A DNA stretch of 58,511 nt from Chloroflexota bacterium (lineage in GTDB: Bacteria; Chloroflexota; Dehalococcoidia; UBA2979), in the NCBI GenBank assembly GCA_009840945.1, contig VXMU01000129.1:1-58511 (forward strand). The letters are read 5' to 3'. Shown one piece after another: positions 11,976 to 21,805 of this stretch; within the stretch, counting starts at the first letter, position 1, and every line of letters begins with the position of its first letter. The notes beneath the pieces were generated by a model. The model saw nothing but the letters and a program-made list of their open reading frames with translations. It was not told the DNA's origin and searched no databases. The translations under genes were made by a program, and so were the position numbers.

Positions 11976-12165
11976 GGAAGCGGCCGATCATCTGCGCTTG
12001 GGATTCCCCCTGGGGCTTGAGCCTCAGATCGACGAACGATGGTGTTCCTCAACCGAGCGCGGCACAACTCGGAAGCGAGAACCACCGCAGCCGAAGCTGA
12101 CGGTGGTTCTCTGACGGAGTTCCTCCGCCGACTCACAGAGGCCCTCACCTTACACCTCCTCAGGA

Positions 12166-13113
12166 GTGGGCGGCCAGAGCCCGATCGGCCTCAGCGTAAG
12201 CGACGCTGGCTCGCGGCCCCGAGTAGTATCGAACGCGAGCACGCATGGAGGGGAAGACACTCGATCTACGATCGTCGAGTTGTTCGTGGAGGAAGGACCG
12301 GCTGCGGATACAGCAGCGCTCTGCGTAGCTACTGGTACGTACGGCGGTCGCGAGCCGGAAGCCACAGGGGGTCTAGCTTCGCTCGCGCACGAATATCTCA
12401 GCCGTCGAGCGGTGAGTATCCGGGCTCACGAGGAAACACGGCGTGCATCCACCGTTACTCCCGCCCAGACGGGTGTAGGAACCAAGCTGTCCAATCAGGT
12501 CAAGGAGGCACTCGATCAGGGTGACCCTATGGCAGCGGTCACAGCGCTGAACGACGCTGTTGCGAACCTTGCTACGCGCCTCGCGAACGTTGCTGCGGCC
12601 GACGCCAGTGCTCACAACCAACTAGTCCTGAGCCTTGCTGGGCTCTCGGAGGAGAACAACATTCTCTGGTGGGTCATCAGTAACTACTCGCGAGAGTTGG
12701 GTCGGCCGCGCGGCCAGGCGTCACCCAAAGAACTGGTCCTGCCTTCGGCATACGAGCTGGCGGGCCTTGTCACGCATGCCGTGCCGCCGAGGGTTTCGAT
12801 CGAGTACCTACGCCACGTGTCGTCGTCTACAGAAGGCGAAACGCCTTCGCAACTCACCGTCGCGGAAGCCCTGGAGGCAACCACCTCTGGCTGGCGAGAC
12901 TCGGCGACGGCAATCTCACCGGAAGAGGACCCGGACTACCTCTTCCCGGTACTCGTCGGCTTGCGACTCATGAGGGAGACGCCTGCAGGTGAGTGGGAGC
13001 AGGCACTTCTGGACCGGACCGGGCTCTCGACGGAGTTCGCTGACGCCCCGGAGAACGTGGGATTACAGTTCCTGCACGAACTCTTGCTCACCCGCTGCCT
13101 CGACGGGGCGTGA
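12166..13113 (+). CDS. GASH-like all-helical protein of a GTPase-associated conflict system; probably 5'-truncated
   Basis: LSEENNILWWVISNYS motif, C-terminal QFLHELLL, first position in a GTPase-GTPase-GAP1 operon; start uncertain. Confidence 0.62.
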   Translation: MGGQSPIGLSVSDAGSRPRVVSNASTHGGEDTRSTIVELFVEEGPAADTAALCVATGTYGGREPEATGGLASLAHEYLSRRAVSIRAHEETRRASTVTPAQTGVGTKLSNQVKEALDQGDPMAAVTALNDAVANLATRLANVAAADASAHNQLVLSLAGLSEENNILWWVISNYSRELGRPRGQASPKELVLPSAYELAGLVTHAVPPRVSIEYLRHVSSSTEGETPSQLTVAEALEATTSGWRDSATAISPEEDPDYLFPVLVGLRLMRETPAGEWEQALLDRTGLSTEFADAPENVGLQFLHELLLTRCLDGA

Positions 13114-13117
13114 CACC

Positions 13118-14014
13118 TTGAATCCGAATCCGAACGACACTGCGGCGGGCTTCGTTGCGTTACCGTCCGCGGGTGCACTGACGGTCGAGGAAGCGAACCA
13201 GACCGCCCGTTCCTCGGTAACGCGAGTGATTATCCCGGTGGGCCTCGCCGGCGTCGGGAAGACAACGTTACTTACGGAGCTATACGGAAAGTTCCTTCAG
13301 GGCCCGTTTGCTGGTCATCAATACGCTTGGTCCCGAACGCTTCACGGGTTCGAGCAGCGCTCGCATCACGCGCGGACAACCTCAGGCCGGGCGACCCCAG
13401 AGACACTTCGGACACCGCTCGCTGACCGCGACGTGTTCTTGCATCTCCGACTCGCGCCCGAAGAGGGCGCGGCGCCTGCACGAGACCTCTTGATCGCCGA
13501 TTGGCCAGGCGAGGAGTTTCGGGCGATGCGGGACGACGTACAGACAGCAAGAGCCCACCCGTTTCTCTACCGCGCTGACCACGTTGCCTTCCTTGTGGAC
13601 GGTGGGCGCTTCGGAACGCAGGCACTGCGACAAGAGGCTCGCCACGATACCGACATGTTGATCCAGAGCATTCTCGACGCTGGCGTCGATGGAGCCGTGA
13701 AGTCTGTCATCTACACGAAGTGGGACGCAGCGCTGAACGGAGACGGCGCCGACCAACTCGAGGACTTCGTCGAGGCGTTCGAGGGAGAGATCCGCCGCAA
13801 GCACGAGGCCCGCGCGGGTGAGCTTCAGTTCATTCGGACGGCGGCTCGTCCGGAGTCTGGCTCCGAGGTGTGCCGCGGGAAGAACCTGGATGAGGTCCTC
13901 CGGACTTGGCTTCGTTCCGCTCGCCGACCGCTCGAGGTGCCCGCATCCACCGGGGTCCAAACGACACGAGAGTTCGATCGCTTTCGATCTAGCTCGCCGC
14001 AGAGGGCCGACTGA
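13118..14014 (+). CDS. TRAFAC-clade GTPase (double-GTPase system, first GTPase)
   Basis: G1 GLAGVGKTT, G2-like TLRT, G3 DWPGE, G4 TKWD; SRTLHGFEQRSHHAR. Confidence 0.85.
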   Translation: MNPNPNDTAAGFVALPSAGALTVEEANQTARSSVTRVIIPVGLAGVGKTTLLTELYGKFLQGPFAGHQYAWSRTLHGFEQRSHHARTTSGRATPETLRTPLADRDVFLHLRLAPEEGAAPARDLLIADWPGEEFRAMRDDVQTARAHPFLYRADHVAFLVDGGRFGTQALRQEARHDTDMLIQSILDAGVDGAVKSVIYTKWDAALNGDGADQLEDFVEAFEGEIRRKHEARAGELQFIRTAARPESGSEVCRGKNLDEVLRTWLRSARRPLEVPASTGVQTTREFDRFRSSSPQRAD

Positions 14015-14874
14015 TGCACCAGGCGTTGCTCGTAGGTCTGCCGTCATCCGGCAAGACGACGTTCCTCGCAGCCTTGTGGCACGTCATCTTTGTCCGGGAT
14101 GTCGATGGTGCCCTTGAGCTAGAAGTTCTGCATGCGCCCTTCGACCACTTGAATGATCTGACCGGTCGCTGGCTACGGTTCGAGGTGGCCAACCGAACAA
14201 GCATCGACGCTGAGCAGACTGCCACGATCAGAATCAAGCCTGGTGACGGGGAATCCACCACCGAGATCGTCGTACCCGACCTCGCCGGCGAATCAATCAA
14301 GCGGAGCCTTGCGGATCGCCAATGGCCAACTGGTTTTCGGGACTACGTGCACGACTCCACGGGCGTGTTGCTCTTCGTTCACCCGAAGGAGACAAGCGAG
14401 CCATGGCCGATTCTCGACGCGATGGAGATCGCGGGCGAGGAAGCACTGCCATCTCAGGAATCTGGCGCGGCGGACGCGTCAACCGAGAGTGAATGGAGCG
14501 CCGAGCAAGTACCGACGGACGTGCAGCTCGTCGACCTACTCCAGCTTCTTTGCACGGAGATTGCGACGGGACACTTCAGGCTCGCCGTGATCGTATCTGC
14601 TTGGGATCTGGTGGAGGAGCAAGGCACCCCGTCAGAGTGGTTAGCCAAGGAGCTCCCACTGGTTGATCAATTCCTGAGAAGCCACGACCACTCGCGCTTT
14701 GATGTTCGCGTTTACGGAGTCTCCGCGCAGGGTGGTGAGCTCCCTCAGGAAAGCGATCGCCTCAAGTCCCTCCTCAGCGCTTCTGAGCGGATACGCGTCG
14801 TGCGCGACGCGAACGCAGAATCGCATGACATTACCGAGCCCCTCCGGTGGGTCGTCGATGTCGATACGGGGTGA
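14014..14874 (+). CDS. TRAFAC-clade GTPase (double-GTPase system, second GTPase)
   Basis: G1 GLPSSGKTTFLAALW, G3 DLAGE, G4-like SAWD, YGVSAQGG; TGATG coupling to the previous gene. Confidence 0.87.
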   Translation: MHQALLVGLPSSGKTTFLAALWHVIFVRDVDGALELEVLHAPFDHLNDLTGRWLRFEVANRTSIDAEQTATIRIKPGDGESTTEIVVPDLAGESIKRSLADRQWPTGFRDYVHDSTGVLLFVHPKETSEPWPILDAMEIAGEEALPSQESGAADASTESEWSAEQVPTDVQLVDLLQLLCTEIATGHFRLAVIVSAWDLVEEQGTPSEWLAKELPLVDQFLRSHDHSRFDVRVYGVSAQGGELPQESDRLKSLLSASERIRVVRDANAESHDITEPLRWVVDVDTG

Positions 14875-14896
14875 TACCAGTCGCGGTGGCGAGGCG

Positions 14897-17044
14897 ATGC
14901 GAGTCGCTCAAGCCCTCCATGGGTACCGCAACGGGCACGACCTATTGGCGAGTTCCCGTCGGCTATCCAGGGAGGGGGAGCGAGCCCTCCTCGAGTTGTC
15001 TGATCTCTCCGGGTCGGCCGCTAGAACTCGCGGGTTCGAGAGCTACATATCGGGATACGCGGTGCCGGGCGAACGCCTCTACGCGTTTGCGCGGACGTGG
15101 TTGGCGGATGGAGACGCAAGGCCGGGTTCGGTGTGGACCCACACGCTGCTTCTGACACCTGAGCAGATGGCGCTGCCGAATGTAGCTAGTCTCGCCCAAT
15201 GGTTCCGTAGGCCGCAGTCCGTCGATCACGCGGTTGAGTACGCAAGCCCACTTGAGATCGATGAGCACAACATTGCTGAGCCTCCAAATGCGCCCAGATC
15301 GCCGCACCGCTCGACCGAAACCAGCATCCGTCTAGCCGATATCGTCGCGTCTCTGTACCAGAGCGATAGTGCGAATCACGCGATTCTTCTGCCGGCGGCA
15401 TCCGCCGCTGACTACGAAGAAGTCCTGCTTCATATCTGGTCCATTCAGTGGCCCGAGCTCCGCGAGCACTTCTCGTTCTGCACTGGAGCCCTATCCTTCC
15501 GTCAAGTCGCTGGCCGCCCCTTCGATCTACAGGTCATCCCTCAAGATCGCGCAACGACGATCGGGCGGGGCGCGGCTCAGGAAGTGCTCCTCTTGGGTGC
15601 CGAGCTCGGCGCTGACTCACTCTCGGCCACATGGGCCATGGGTCTTCGACCAGATGACGCTGCCTTGCGCGAGCTGAGAGCCTTCGTGTGGCAATTCGGG
15701 CCGCGGCTTGGGCCGGACCGATTGTCGTTCGGGCGTCTAGTACAACTTCACTCGATCGCTCGGGGAATGTCGGATCGCACGGATTGGCAGGCACTTCTGG
15801 AGAGCATCGGTGCCTGGTACCCGCAACTGTCGAGTGCTCAGGCATTGAAGTCATGGGCACTCGACGAATCCGGACCGAGGCCTACCGAACCGCTCACGAG
15901 TCTGGATCGGCTGTCAGTCCTGTCGCGCTCGGCCGCCGGCTCTGCCTTCCCAGGATGGTGGCACTCGTTGAGCAACTCGTTCCTGCAAGCATTATCAGCT
16001 GATGAGCCGGGGTTCGGGGTATTCCTGCGGGAGTTTCCCGCCTTCGCGACCGCGGATGCGCGCGCAGCCCTCGTGCGGCTCGCGGCCGACGATCTCGAGG
16101 CCGAGGCGTTCGTTCAGCTCATTGGGTGGTGGCCGGATGCGGTCACGTCGAGCGCATTCGACCTCAGGCCTTCCATTGTCATGGACCCGGTACTCTGGGA
16201 ATCGAAAGGCGCTAGGCCCCGTGCACTTACGTGGCTCGCCGGAGCTGACCTAGACGACTCTTTGGTCGCCGAGATAGTACGCGCTGTAATCGCCGCGGGG
16301 CCGTCCGTTGCCTTGACTGACCTTGCTGACGGATTGGGTAGCCGTGCGATCGAAGCTGCCTTCGACGTGCTCGGCGAGAGTTCGGATCAGGAGGAGGTTC
16401 TGCCAGCTAGGCCCGAATGGGCGGCGACTCTACGCTCACATGCGAAGGAAGGTGTTTCGTGGCTCGGCAGGACCGAGAGGCCGTCTACAGCCCTCGCAAA
16501 GCTCGTCCTCGACCAATTCCAGCCGGGGGACCGTCGGCTCCGCGTTCTCGAGAACAAGCGTTGGAGCGAGATCGCAAGGGTTGATCCCTCCACCACTGCA
16601 GGAACCTCGGTTCGTGCGTTCGCACTCGGTGTTGGGCTCCGCGATGACCGCGCGTCCGCGAGTTCCCTCGTGGCCCAAGTCTTTCAGACCGTCTACGACT
16701 CCGCTGAGGCCGGTCGCCTCAGTGATGATGACTGGAACAAGCTGACACGTGCCTTCCCGAAGCCGCCACGGTCACTGCGGAGGCTCATCCGTCGCGGTGG
16801 GGTCGGAAGGGGGCAGATCCTGAGAAGAGCACTCGTCGAGGCATTCGGACAGCGGGATTGGCCCGTCGCCGATTTTCTCGAAGCCGTCAGCGACACCTCC
16901 ATGCTGGCTCGCATGGTTACTGAGAATGTCCGAACCAAGTCGGGTAGGAAGCTAGGTCGGCGACTCAACGCCGCCATTCAGGGGGGCGATCTGCTCCTCA
17001 GCGATCCACAACGCAGCGCGCTGGGGACCTGGATAGACGACTAG
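14897..17044 (+). CDS. GAP1-N1 domain protein (GTPase-associated protein 1)
   Basis: QALHGYRNGHDLLASS, LSDLSG, YISGY, ARTWLA, RPGSVWTHTLL, QWPELREHFSFCT. Confidence 0.78.
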   Translation: MRVAQALHGYRNGHDLLASSRRLSREGERALLELSDLSGSAARTRGFESYISGYAVPGERLYAFARTWLADGDARPGSVWTHTLLLTPEQMALPNVASLAQWFRRPQSVDHAVEYASPLEIDEHNIAEPPNAPRSPHRSTETSIRLADIVASLYQSDSANHAILLPAASAADYEEVLLHIWSIQWPELREHFSFCTGALSFRQVAGRPFDLQVIPQDRATTIGRGAAQEVLLLGAELGADSLSATWAMGLRPDDAALRELRAFVWQFGPRLGPDRLSFGRLVQLHSIARGMSDRTDWQALLESIGAWYPQLSSAQALKSWALDESGPRPTEPLTSLDRLSVLSRSAAGSAFPGWWHSLSNSFLQALSADEPGFGVFLREFPAFATADARAALVRLAADDLEAEAFVQLIGWWPDAVTSSAFDLRPSIVMDPVLWESKGARPRALTWLAGADLDDSLVAEIVRAVIAAGPSVALTDLADGLGSRAIEAAFDVLGESSDQEEVLPARPEWAATLRSHAKEGVSWLGRTERPSTALAKLVLDQFQPGDRRLRVLENKRWSEIARVDPSTTAGTSVRAFALGVGLRDDRASASSLVAQVFQTVYDSAEAGRLSDDDWNKLTRAFPKPPRSLRRLIRRGGVGRGQILRRALVEAFGQRDWPVADFLEAVSDTSMLARMVTENVRTKSGRKLGRRLNAAIQGGDLLLSDPQRSALGTWIDD

Positions 17045-17208
17045 GCGCCAGCGGGCAGCTGCGGACTTTGCACGCGACGTTCGAGCTCCTACTGCTCGGC
17101 CATCAGCCCCCCAGCGGAGTCGCCGGACTTGGTGACTGCGCCATCTCACAAAGCTGCCCTAGCGGCGGCCACGATCGGTTGCGCGTGTGGAGCCGTTACA
17201 ATCTCCCT

Positions 17209-17739
17209 ATGGACTCACCCCTGCACATCGAGCGCGTCTTACTCGTGGCAGGCGGCCGGGGCAGCGGGAAGAGTACCCAGCTAAGAGCGATGTTCCTTGA
17301 CCCGCGACTGGGCTACGACGGTCAGATTCCAACGATCCGGAGGCCTCGCGAGAGATACAGGTTGTCGCCTGACAGGCAGCTCTACGTTCGGTTCAGCTCT
17401 CCGCACGAGAGCAATGCGACACTGGAAGAGTTCCTCAACAAGATAGAGACGAAGTCCGTCTCCGGACGCTGGTGCTTTGCAGGTGCCGTTCAGATCGAGT
17501 CCACAAACAGGGTGCCGGACCTTCGCGACGTGGTCGACGCCATCGTCCAGAGATTCTCGCCCGAGCGCATTCGGATCGCCCTTCTCTCGCCGGATCGCCG
17601 GGGTCGGCAGCTGGCCGACGCGAATGACCACTTGGAGAACCTGCGCGAAGCGGCGCCAGTCGTCGAGGTCATGTCCATCGATGCCCGAACCCGCGAAGGG
17701 AATGGCTTGCTCCTCGCGGACACCTTCGACTTCGCCTGA
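17209..17739 (+). CDS. Small P-loop NTPase-like hypothetical protein
   Basis: LLVAGGRGSGKSTQLR Walker A; TACAAT lies 6 nt before the ATG. Confidence 0.7.
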   Translation: MDSPLHIERVLLVAGGRGSGKSTQLRAMFLDPRLGYDGQIPTIRRPRERYRLSPDRQLYVRFSSPHESNATLEEFLNKIETKSVSGRWCFAGAVQIESTNRVPDLRDVVDAIVQRFSPERIRIALLSPDRRGRQLADANDHLENLREAAPVVEVMSIDARTREGNGLLLADTFDFA

Positions 17740-18065
17740 AACGAGAGGGAGTGCCGCGCCGAATGGCCAGCCTCCCTTCAACGGGCAGCCCGCCACCAGC
17801 AGCGGTGGCGTAGCGTGAAGTCCATAGCTCGCGCGCGTGCAGATATCGTCCGACCCAAAAACCTGCCGGGGTGACCCCGCCCGTCTTGCCGGCGGACAAC
17901 ATCTAAGTGGGATGCTGCCCCGATTTCGTGGGAGCATGCCCGTGGGTCGGCGAGCCAGCGACGACCAGGCCTGTCCCTACGCGTCGGCCGACCCGTGGAG
18001 CGCCCCGGCGCGCAGCCTCATCTCGCCTAATCATCCCTGCATCCCCAGGTCGACACTCCCGCTCG

Positions 18066-18109
18066 GCTCGTATTCCTGATGTTGTAAGCTCGTATTCCGA
18101 ACGTTGTAG
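18066..18109. repeat. Tandem 22-bp imperfect direct repeat
   Basis: GCTCGTATTCCTGATGTTGTAA / GCTCGTATTCCGAACGTTGTAG. Confidence 0.7.
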
Positions 18110-18202
18110 GGTTCTACGGAGTTCTGTGGAACGGGCAGCCCGGATAGTCGGACCGCGGTGGATCCGCGCAGGGACGCACGCCGAGCTCGAGAGTACCGCC
18201 AG

Positions 18203-19054
18203 ATGAATGAGCAGCCGACCGATCTAGTCGAGCACTGGCACGAGGCTGAGGCTGCGCGAGGGACGTCGCCCAAAGGCGTCCCGAATACCGGCCTGCACGT
18301 CCTGGAGATCTTCCGAGAGCAATGGCCGCTTGACGAGAGACATTACCTGACGGAGGGCGGCGGGCAGGTCAAAGGGCTGAGTGGTCATTCGGGCGACATC
18401 ATCATTCGCCGGTACGCGCCCAACTTCAGGTCGATCGGAACCGAGGCAGGGAGGACGAGCAGGTCCACCCCTGGGGCCGCGCAGCGCCTCGCCGCAAGGT
18501 TGAACGAACTTCCGGCGACGATCGGTAACGATCGCGGACAGCGAGCCGATCGTGCGGATCGCATGCAGCGCTGGATCGTGAATGAAGTGCTGGCCCGCGT
18601 ACTCGCTCCCAGAGGACCGGCCATCGAGATCCTCGACGGTGAGCCGCTCGAGCGTGCGTTGAACCGGCATCTGGATGACGCCGCGGGCGATATCACCTGG
18701 GTTCGAGCCGCCGAGAGGCTGCTCGCCGCAACCATAGACGTAGTGACCAGGGATGCCGACGTTCCGCACGGCGACCAACTGCGTCTTGGTGATACGGCGT
18801 TGGTACTGTCGGAATTGCCGACTATGGCCGATGTCGAGACGTGCGCTGCGGCCGTCGCGGACCAGATGCGGTGCCTGCTCCTCACGCCCAACGCGCGGGT
18901 ACTGGCCTCAGCTCAGTTGCTGGAGGCAAACGAACTCGATGCCGTTGAGGTTGAGAGCGCGTCGCGCTTCGTTGCCCGGCTGATCGACATCCCAGGCCGC
19001 TTTGAGCCCGTCCGCCGCGATGAAATGATTCACACACTCAACGAGCGACTCTAA
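18203..19054 (+). CDS. DUF4928-like protein (putative restriction component)
   Basis: YLTEGGGQVKGLSG and TEAGRTSRST motifs; lies near a C5 methyltransferase and vsr. Confidence 0.65.
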   Translation: MNEQPTDLVEHWHEAEAARGTSPKGVPNTGLHVLEIFREQWPLDERHYLTEGGGQVKGLSGHSGDIIIRRYAPNFRSIGTEAGRTSRSTPGAAQRLAARLNELPATIGNDRGQRADRADRMQRWIVNEVLARVLAPRGPAIEILDGEPLERALNRHLDDAAGDITWVRAAERLLAATIDVVTRDADVPHGDQLRLGDTALVLSELPTMADVETCAAAVADQMRCLLLTPNARVLASAQLLEANELDAVEVESASRFVARLIDIPGRFEPVRRDEMIHTLNERL

Positions 19055-19977
19055 CCATCAGCGAGTGCATCGGCGGGATCAAGCGGCAGCCCAGGCCGCA
19101 GTTCAGAGGCGTCGATGCGGATCTTCGTTACTTGCCATTCCGCCGACAGAACGACATCGACGGGCATCCTAGGAATCAATGGAGTCAGCGTAGTCCAGCC
19201 AACAACCTCGGGTGCTGAGTCTCCCGTCGATCGACACAACACCAGGTACCACCGCGGCCGCCTCGATCCAACCTCGAACTCGTTTCGAGTTAGATAGACG
19301 GTCGGGTCACGCCCTCGATAGCACTTCACCTCGAGCCGGCACAACTCCCCCGCCAAATTGGGAGACGAGATGTCCCACCCCATGGCGTCCGAGATCAAAC
19401 TGACCCGTCGCGCTTTGCGCGCAAGATCGGGGCGGCCTCGTGCTTCGAGAAAGTCCCGGCAAGCTGACAGGACGACGTCCTCGCCGGCCTCCCCGAGCTC
19501 ACGGAGCGCCTCAGCGTCGTACTTTGACGCAGCGGCCAGTAAGATCGCGTCGCGTTCATCGTCATCGAACATCTCTTCGAAGAGGGCCGACGCGTCCTCC
19601 GGTAGGAACTCCTCTCGCACCTCACCGCGTGCGGTCGAGGCGCTCAGCCAAGCGGGCAAGGAGTCAAGGATCATCGCGCGTACCAGTTCGCGGGCGACCT
19701 CGGTTTCGTCGTCGTCAGGGAGTGCGAGGCTCCGCGCTGTGGCGCCGAGGGTGGTACCTTCGCGCGTCAGCCACCCTTGTTCCGCAAGCCACTGCTGGGC
19801 GACCAGCAGGCCCTTCGACGAGAGGAACCCTCCAGACGGCGTTGCTCGGTACGAGGCAAGGAGCTCCGAGTCGGCATGACGACCACGGCCCACGATGCGC
19901 AGCACGCGCGCCGCCGACCGCAAGAGGTACGACCCTGGAAGGCTCTCGGGCCGCGCGCCGCCACCGTCATCCGGCAA
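19051..19977 (-). CDS. DUF3883 (NO VEIN C-terminal) PD-(D/E)XK nuclease domain protein
   Basis: ELGEAGEDVV...RVSLISDAMGWDI...LEVKC...VYLTRNEFEVG. Confidence 0.82.
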   Translation of the reverse strand: MPDDGGGARPESLPGSYLLRSAARVLRIVGRGRHADSELLASYRATPSGGFLSSKGLLVAQQWLAEQGWLTREGTTLGATARSLALPDDDETEVARELVRAMILDSLPAWLSASTARGEVREEFLPEDASALFEEMFDDDERDAILLAAASKYDAEALRELGEAGEDVVLSACRDFLEARGRPDLARKARRVSLISDAMGWDISSPNLAGELCRLEVKCYRGRDPTVYLTRNEFEVGSRRPRWYLVLCRSTGDSAPEVVGWTTLTPLIPRMPVDVVLSAEWQVTKIRIDASELRPGLPLDPADALADG

Positions 19978-21805
19978 GATGCCTGGCTACCTCCGCGAGG
20001 TCGCCCTGATCGACACCGAAGTCGGCCTCGCCCTCAAGGCCCTCCTCGGGCGTCGCGGGAAGCGACATCACTGTGAGCCCAGGGTCGTGCAGCAGCTCGC
20101 CCAAGCGCTCGGTCTTCTCGCGGAGGCGCGACTCGACGACTTCATCGATGGTCTCGGGACTGCCGAGGATCGTCACTCTAGTCTCCGTCTCGGGATCCAG
20201 GCCGAGCCGGTGGATCCTGTCGACGCTCTGCAGGTAGTGTCCGGCGTTGAAGGTCCGCTCCAGGTAGATGGCGTCGTGGCACGCGTGGTGCAGGCTCACT
20301 CCCTCCCCGAGCGCCGCGGGGTTCGCCAGCAGCACGTGGCAATCCGGATCAGAACGGAACCGCCTCAACTGATCCGCGCGATCGTGAACTCCGCCATGAA
20401 CCAGCGCAGGCGAGTAGTCCGTCAGCTCGTGGCGATACAGCGTTTCGAGGTTTCTGACGAAGTTCGACCACACGAGGGTCTTCCTCCCGGCACGGACGTT
20501 CTCCTCGATCGCCGCCTTCAGGAACTCGAACTTCCACGGCGTCTCGTAGTTCGGATACGCTCGCAGGAGGCCGTCGAGGTCGGTGTCAGGCGGCACATCC
20601 AACGGCGGGTGCCGAAAGAGCACGGGATCGTGGGGGTGACTTCCCGCGATCAACAGGCTGGGGTTCGTCGCTGCCTCCAACAGGTACATCGTGATGCGCC
20701 CGAACGCCCGCAAATCGATGCGCGCGCGGCGGGATGCGTCGAACAGCCCCCCGTACCGCCCCACGATCGCTCCGTATATCTCTGCGTGGAGCGGATGGAG
20801 ATCCCGGTGCTCCGTGCGGATAAGAGGTTCTGGAAGGTCTAGTTCAACCTTGGTCGTCCGAACGAACAGAGGTGCGATTCGACGTGACACCTCCCGAATG
20901 CCATCCTCGTCTCGGGCATCGCGTGGTATCAGTTGACGCGCGCTTCCCGGCCACACGAAGTCGAAGAGCGCATCAAGGTCGAATACTGACTGCGGGGCGG
21001 GCGTCCCGGTCAGGATGTCGCGACGCACGGCCAGATTGGCCAGGTTCAAGCAGTTCCGGCCCCACTCTCCAGCCCACCCGCGCTTCATGCGATGGGCCTC
21101 GTCGAGGATCATGTGCGTCTTCCTGGCCGCCACCCACTCCGCGAGTTCATCGAATCCGGACTCGAGCCGCTGGTAGTTGACCAGGAGAACCTCGGCGGGA
21201 GGAACGACGCCTCCCGTAAACCGCACCACAGCCGGGACCGGATCGAAGGAGGACTCCGCCTCGTCCTCCCAGGACTCGAACGCCGCGAGTGGCGCCACCA
21301 CGAGGAGTCGCTCAACGCGAGCTGCCCGACGTTCAGCCTCGTACGCTCCGTAGGCGACGCTCGTCTTCCCGGCTCCTGGAACCGAGAAGTTGGCACCGTT
21401 AGCGAGCGCGAGCAGCTTGCCGAGGTCGCGGATCTGGAACGGCCGCAAGGCACGCACGAAGCGACTACCTTCAAGTGCCTCAGCGACGGCGGCCCCGTCC
21501 AGGGGTGGCGGAGACTCCAGCGCCACACTGAAGCGCTCCGAGTCCGCGAGACGGCGCCGCACCAAGTCGAGTGCATCGCCCTTCCACTCGACACCCACTT
21601 CGTACTCGCGGAAGTACTCTGCCACCCAATTCAGGTGGGCCAGGAACTCGCTGATCGGAACGTTGACGCGCGTCCGCGGTGAGCGTCCCTTCGTGCCCCA
21701 CTCCGTCTGAACCCTGAGCCACACAAGCTCCGGTACGCCCGGGCCGCGCGAGACGACGACATCGGTCGTCCCTGCTCTGTGGTCTATCGAAACAACGCTA
21801 CGCAT
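19967..21805 (-). CDS. SNF2-like SF2 helicase/ATPase
   Basis: LRPFQ, ANFSVPGAGKT, LDEAHRMK, LTGTPAPQS, LANPAALGEGVSLH, QSVDRIHRLG. Confidence 0.93.
   Translation of the reverse strand: MRSVVSIDHRAGTTDVVVSRGPGVPELVWLRVQTEWGTKGRSPRTRVNVPISEFLAHLNWVAEYFREYEVGVEWKGDALDLVRRRLADSERFSVALESPPPLDGAAVAEALEGSRFVRALRPFQIRDLGKLLALANGANFSVPGAGKTSVAYGAYEAERRAARVERLLVVAPLAAFESWEDEAESSFDPVPAVVRFTGGVVPPAEVLLVNYQRLESGFDELAEWVAARKTHMILDEAHRMKRGWAGEWGRNCLNLANLAVRRDILTGTPAPQSVFDLDALFDFVWPGSARQLIPRDARDEDGIREVSRRIAPLFVRTTKVELDLPEPLIRTEHRDLHPLHAEIYGAIVGRYGGLFDASRRARIDLRAFGRITMYLLEAATNPSLLIAGSHPHDPVLFRHPPLDVPPDTDLDGLLRAYPNYETPWKFEFLKAAIEENVRAGRKTLVWSNFVRNLETLYRHELTDYSPALVHGGVHDRADQLRRFRSDPDCHVLLANPAALGEGVSLHHACHDAIYLERTFNAGHYLQSVDRIHRLGLDPETETRVTILGSPETIDEVVESRLREKTERLGELLHDPGLTVMSLPATPEEGLEGEADFGVDQGDLAEVARHLAG

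Noticed and set aside
17895-17911. NrdR-box-like sequence ACAACATCTAAGTGG
   Set aside because: Spacing is off by one base, it is a single copy, and no ribonucleotide reductase gene is nearby.
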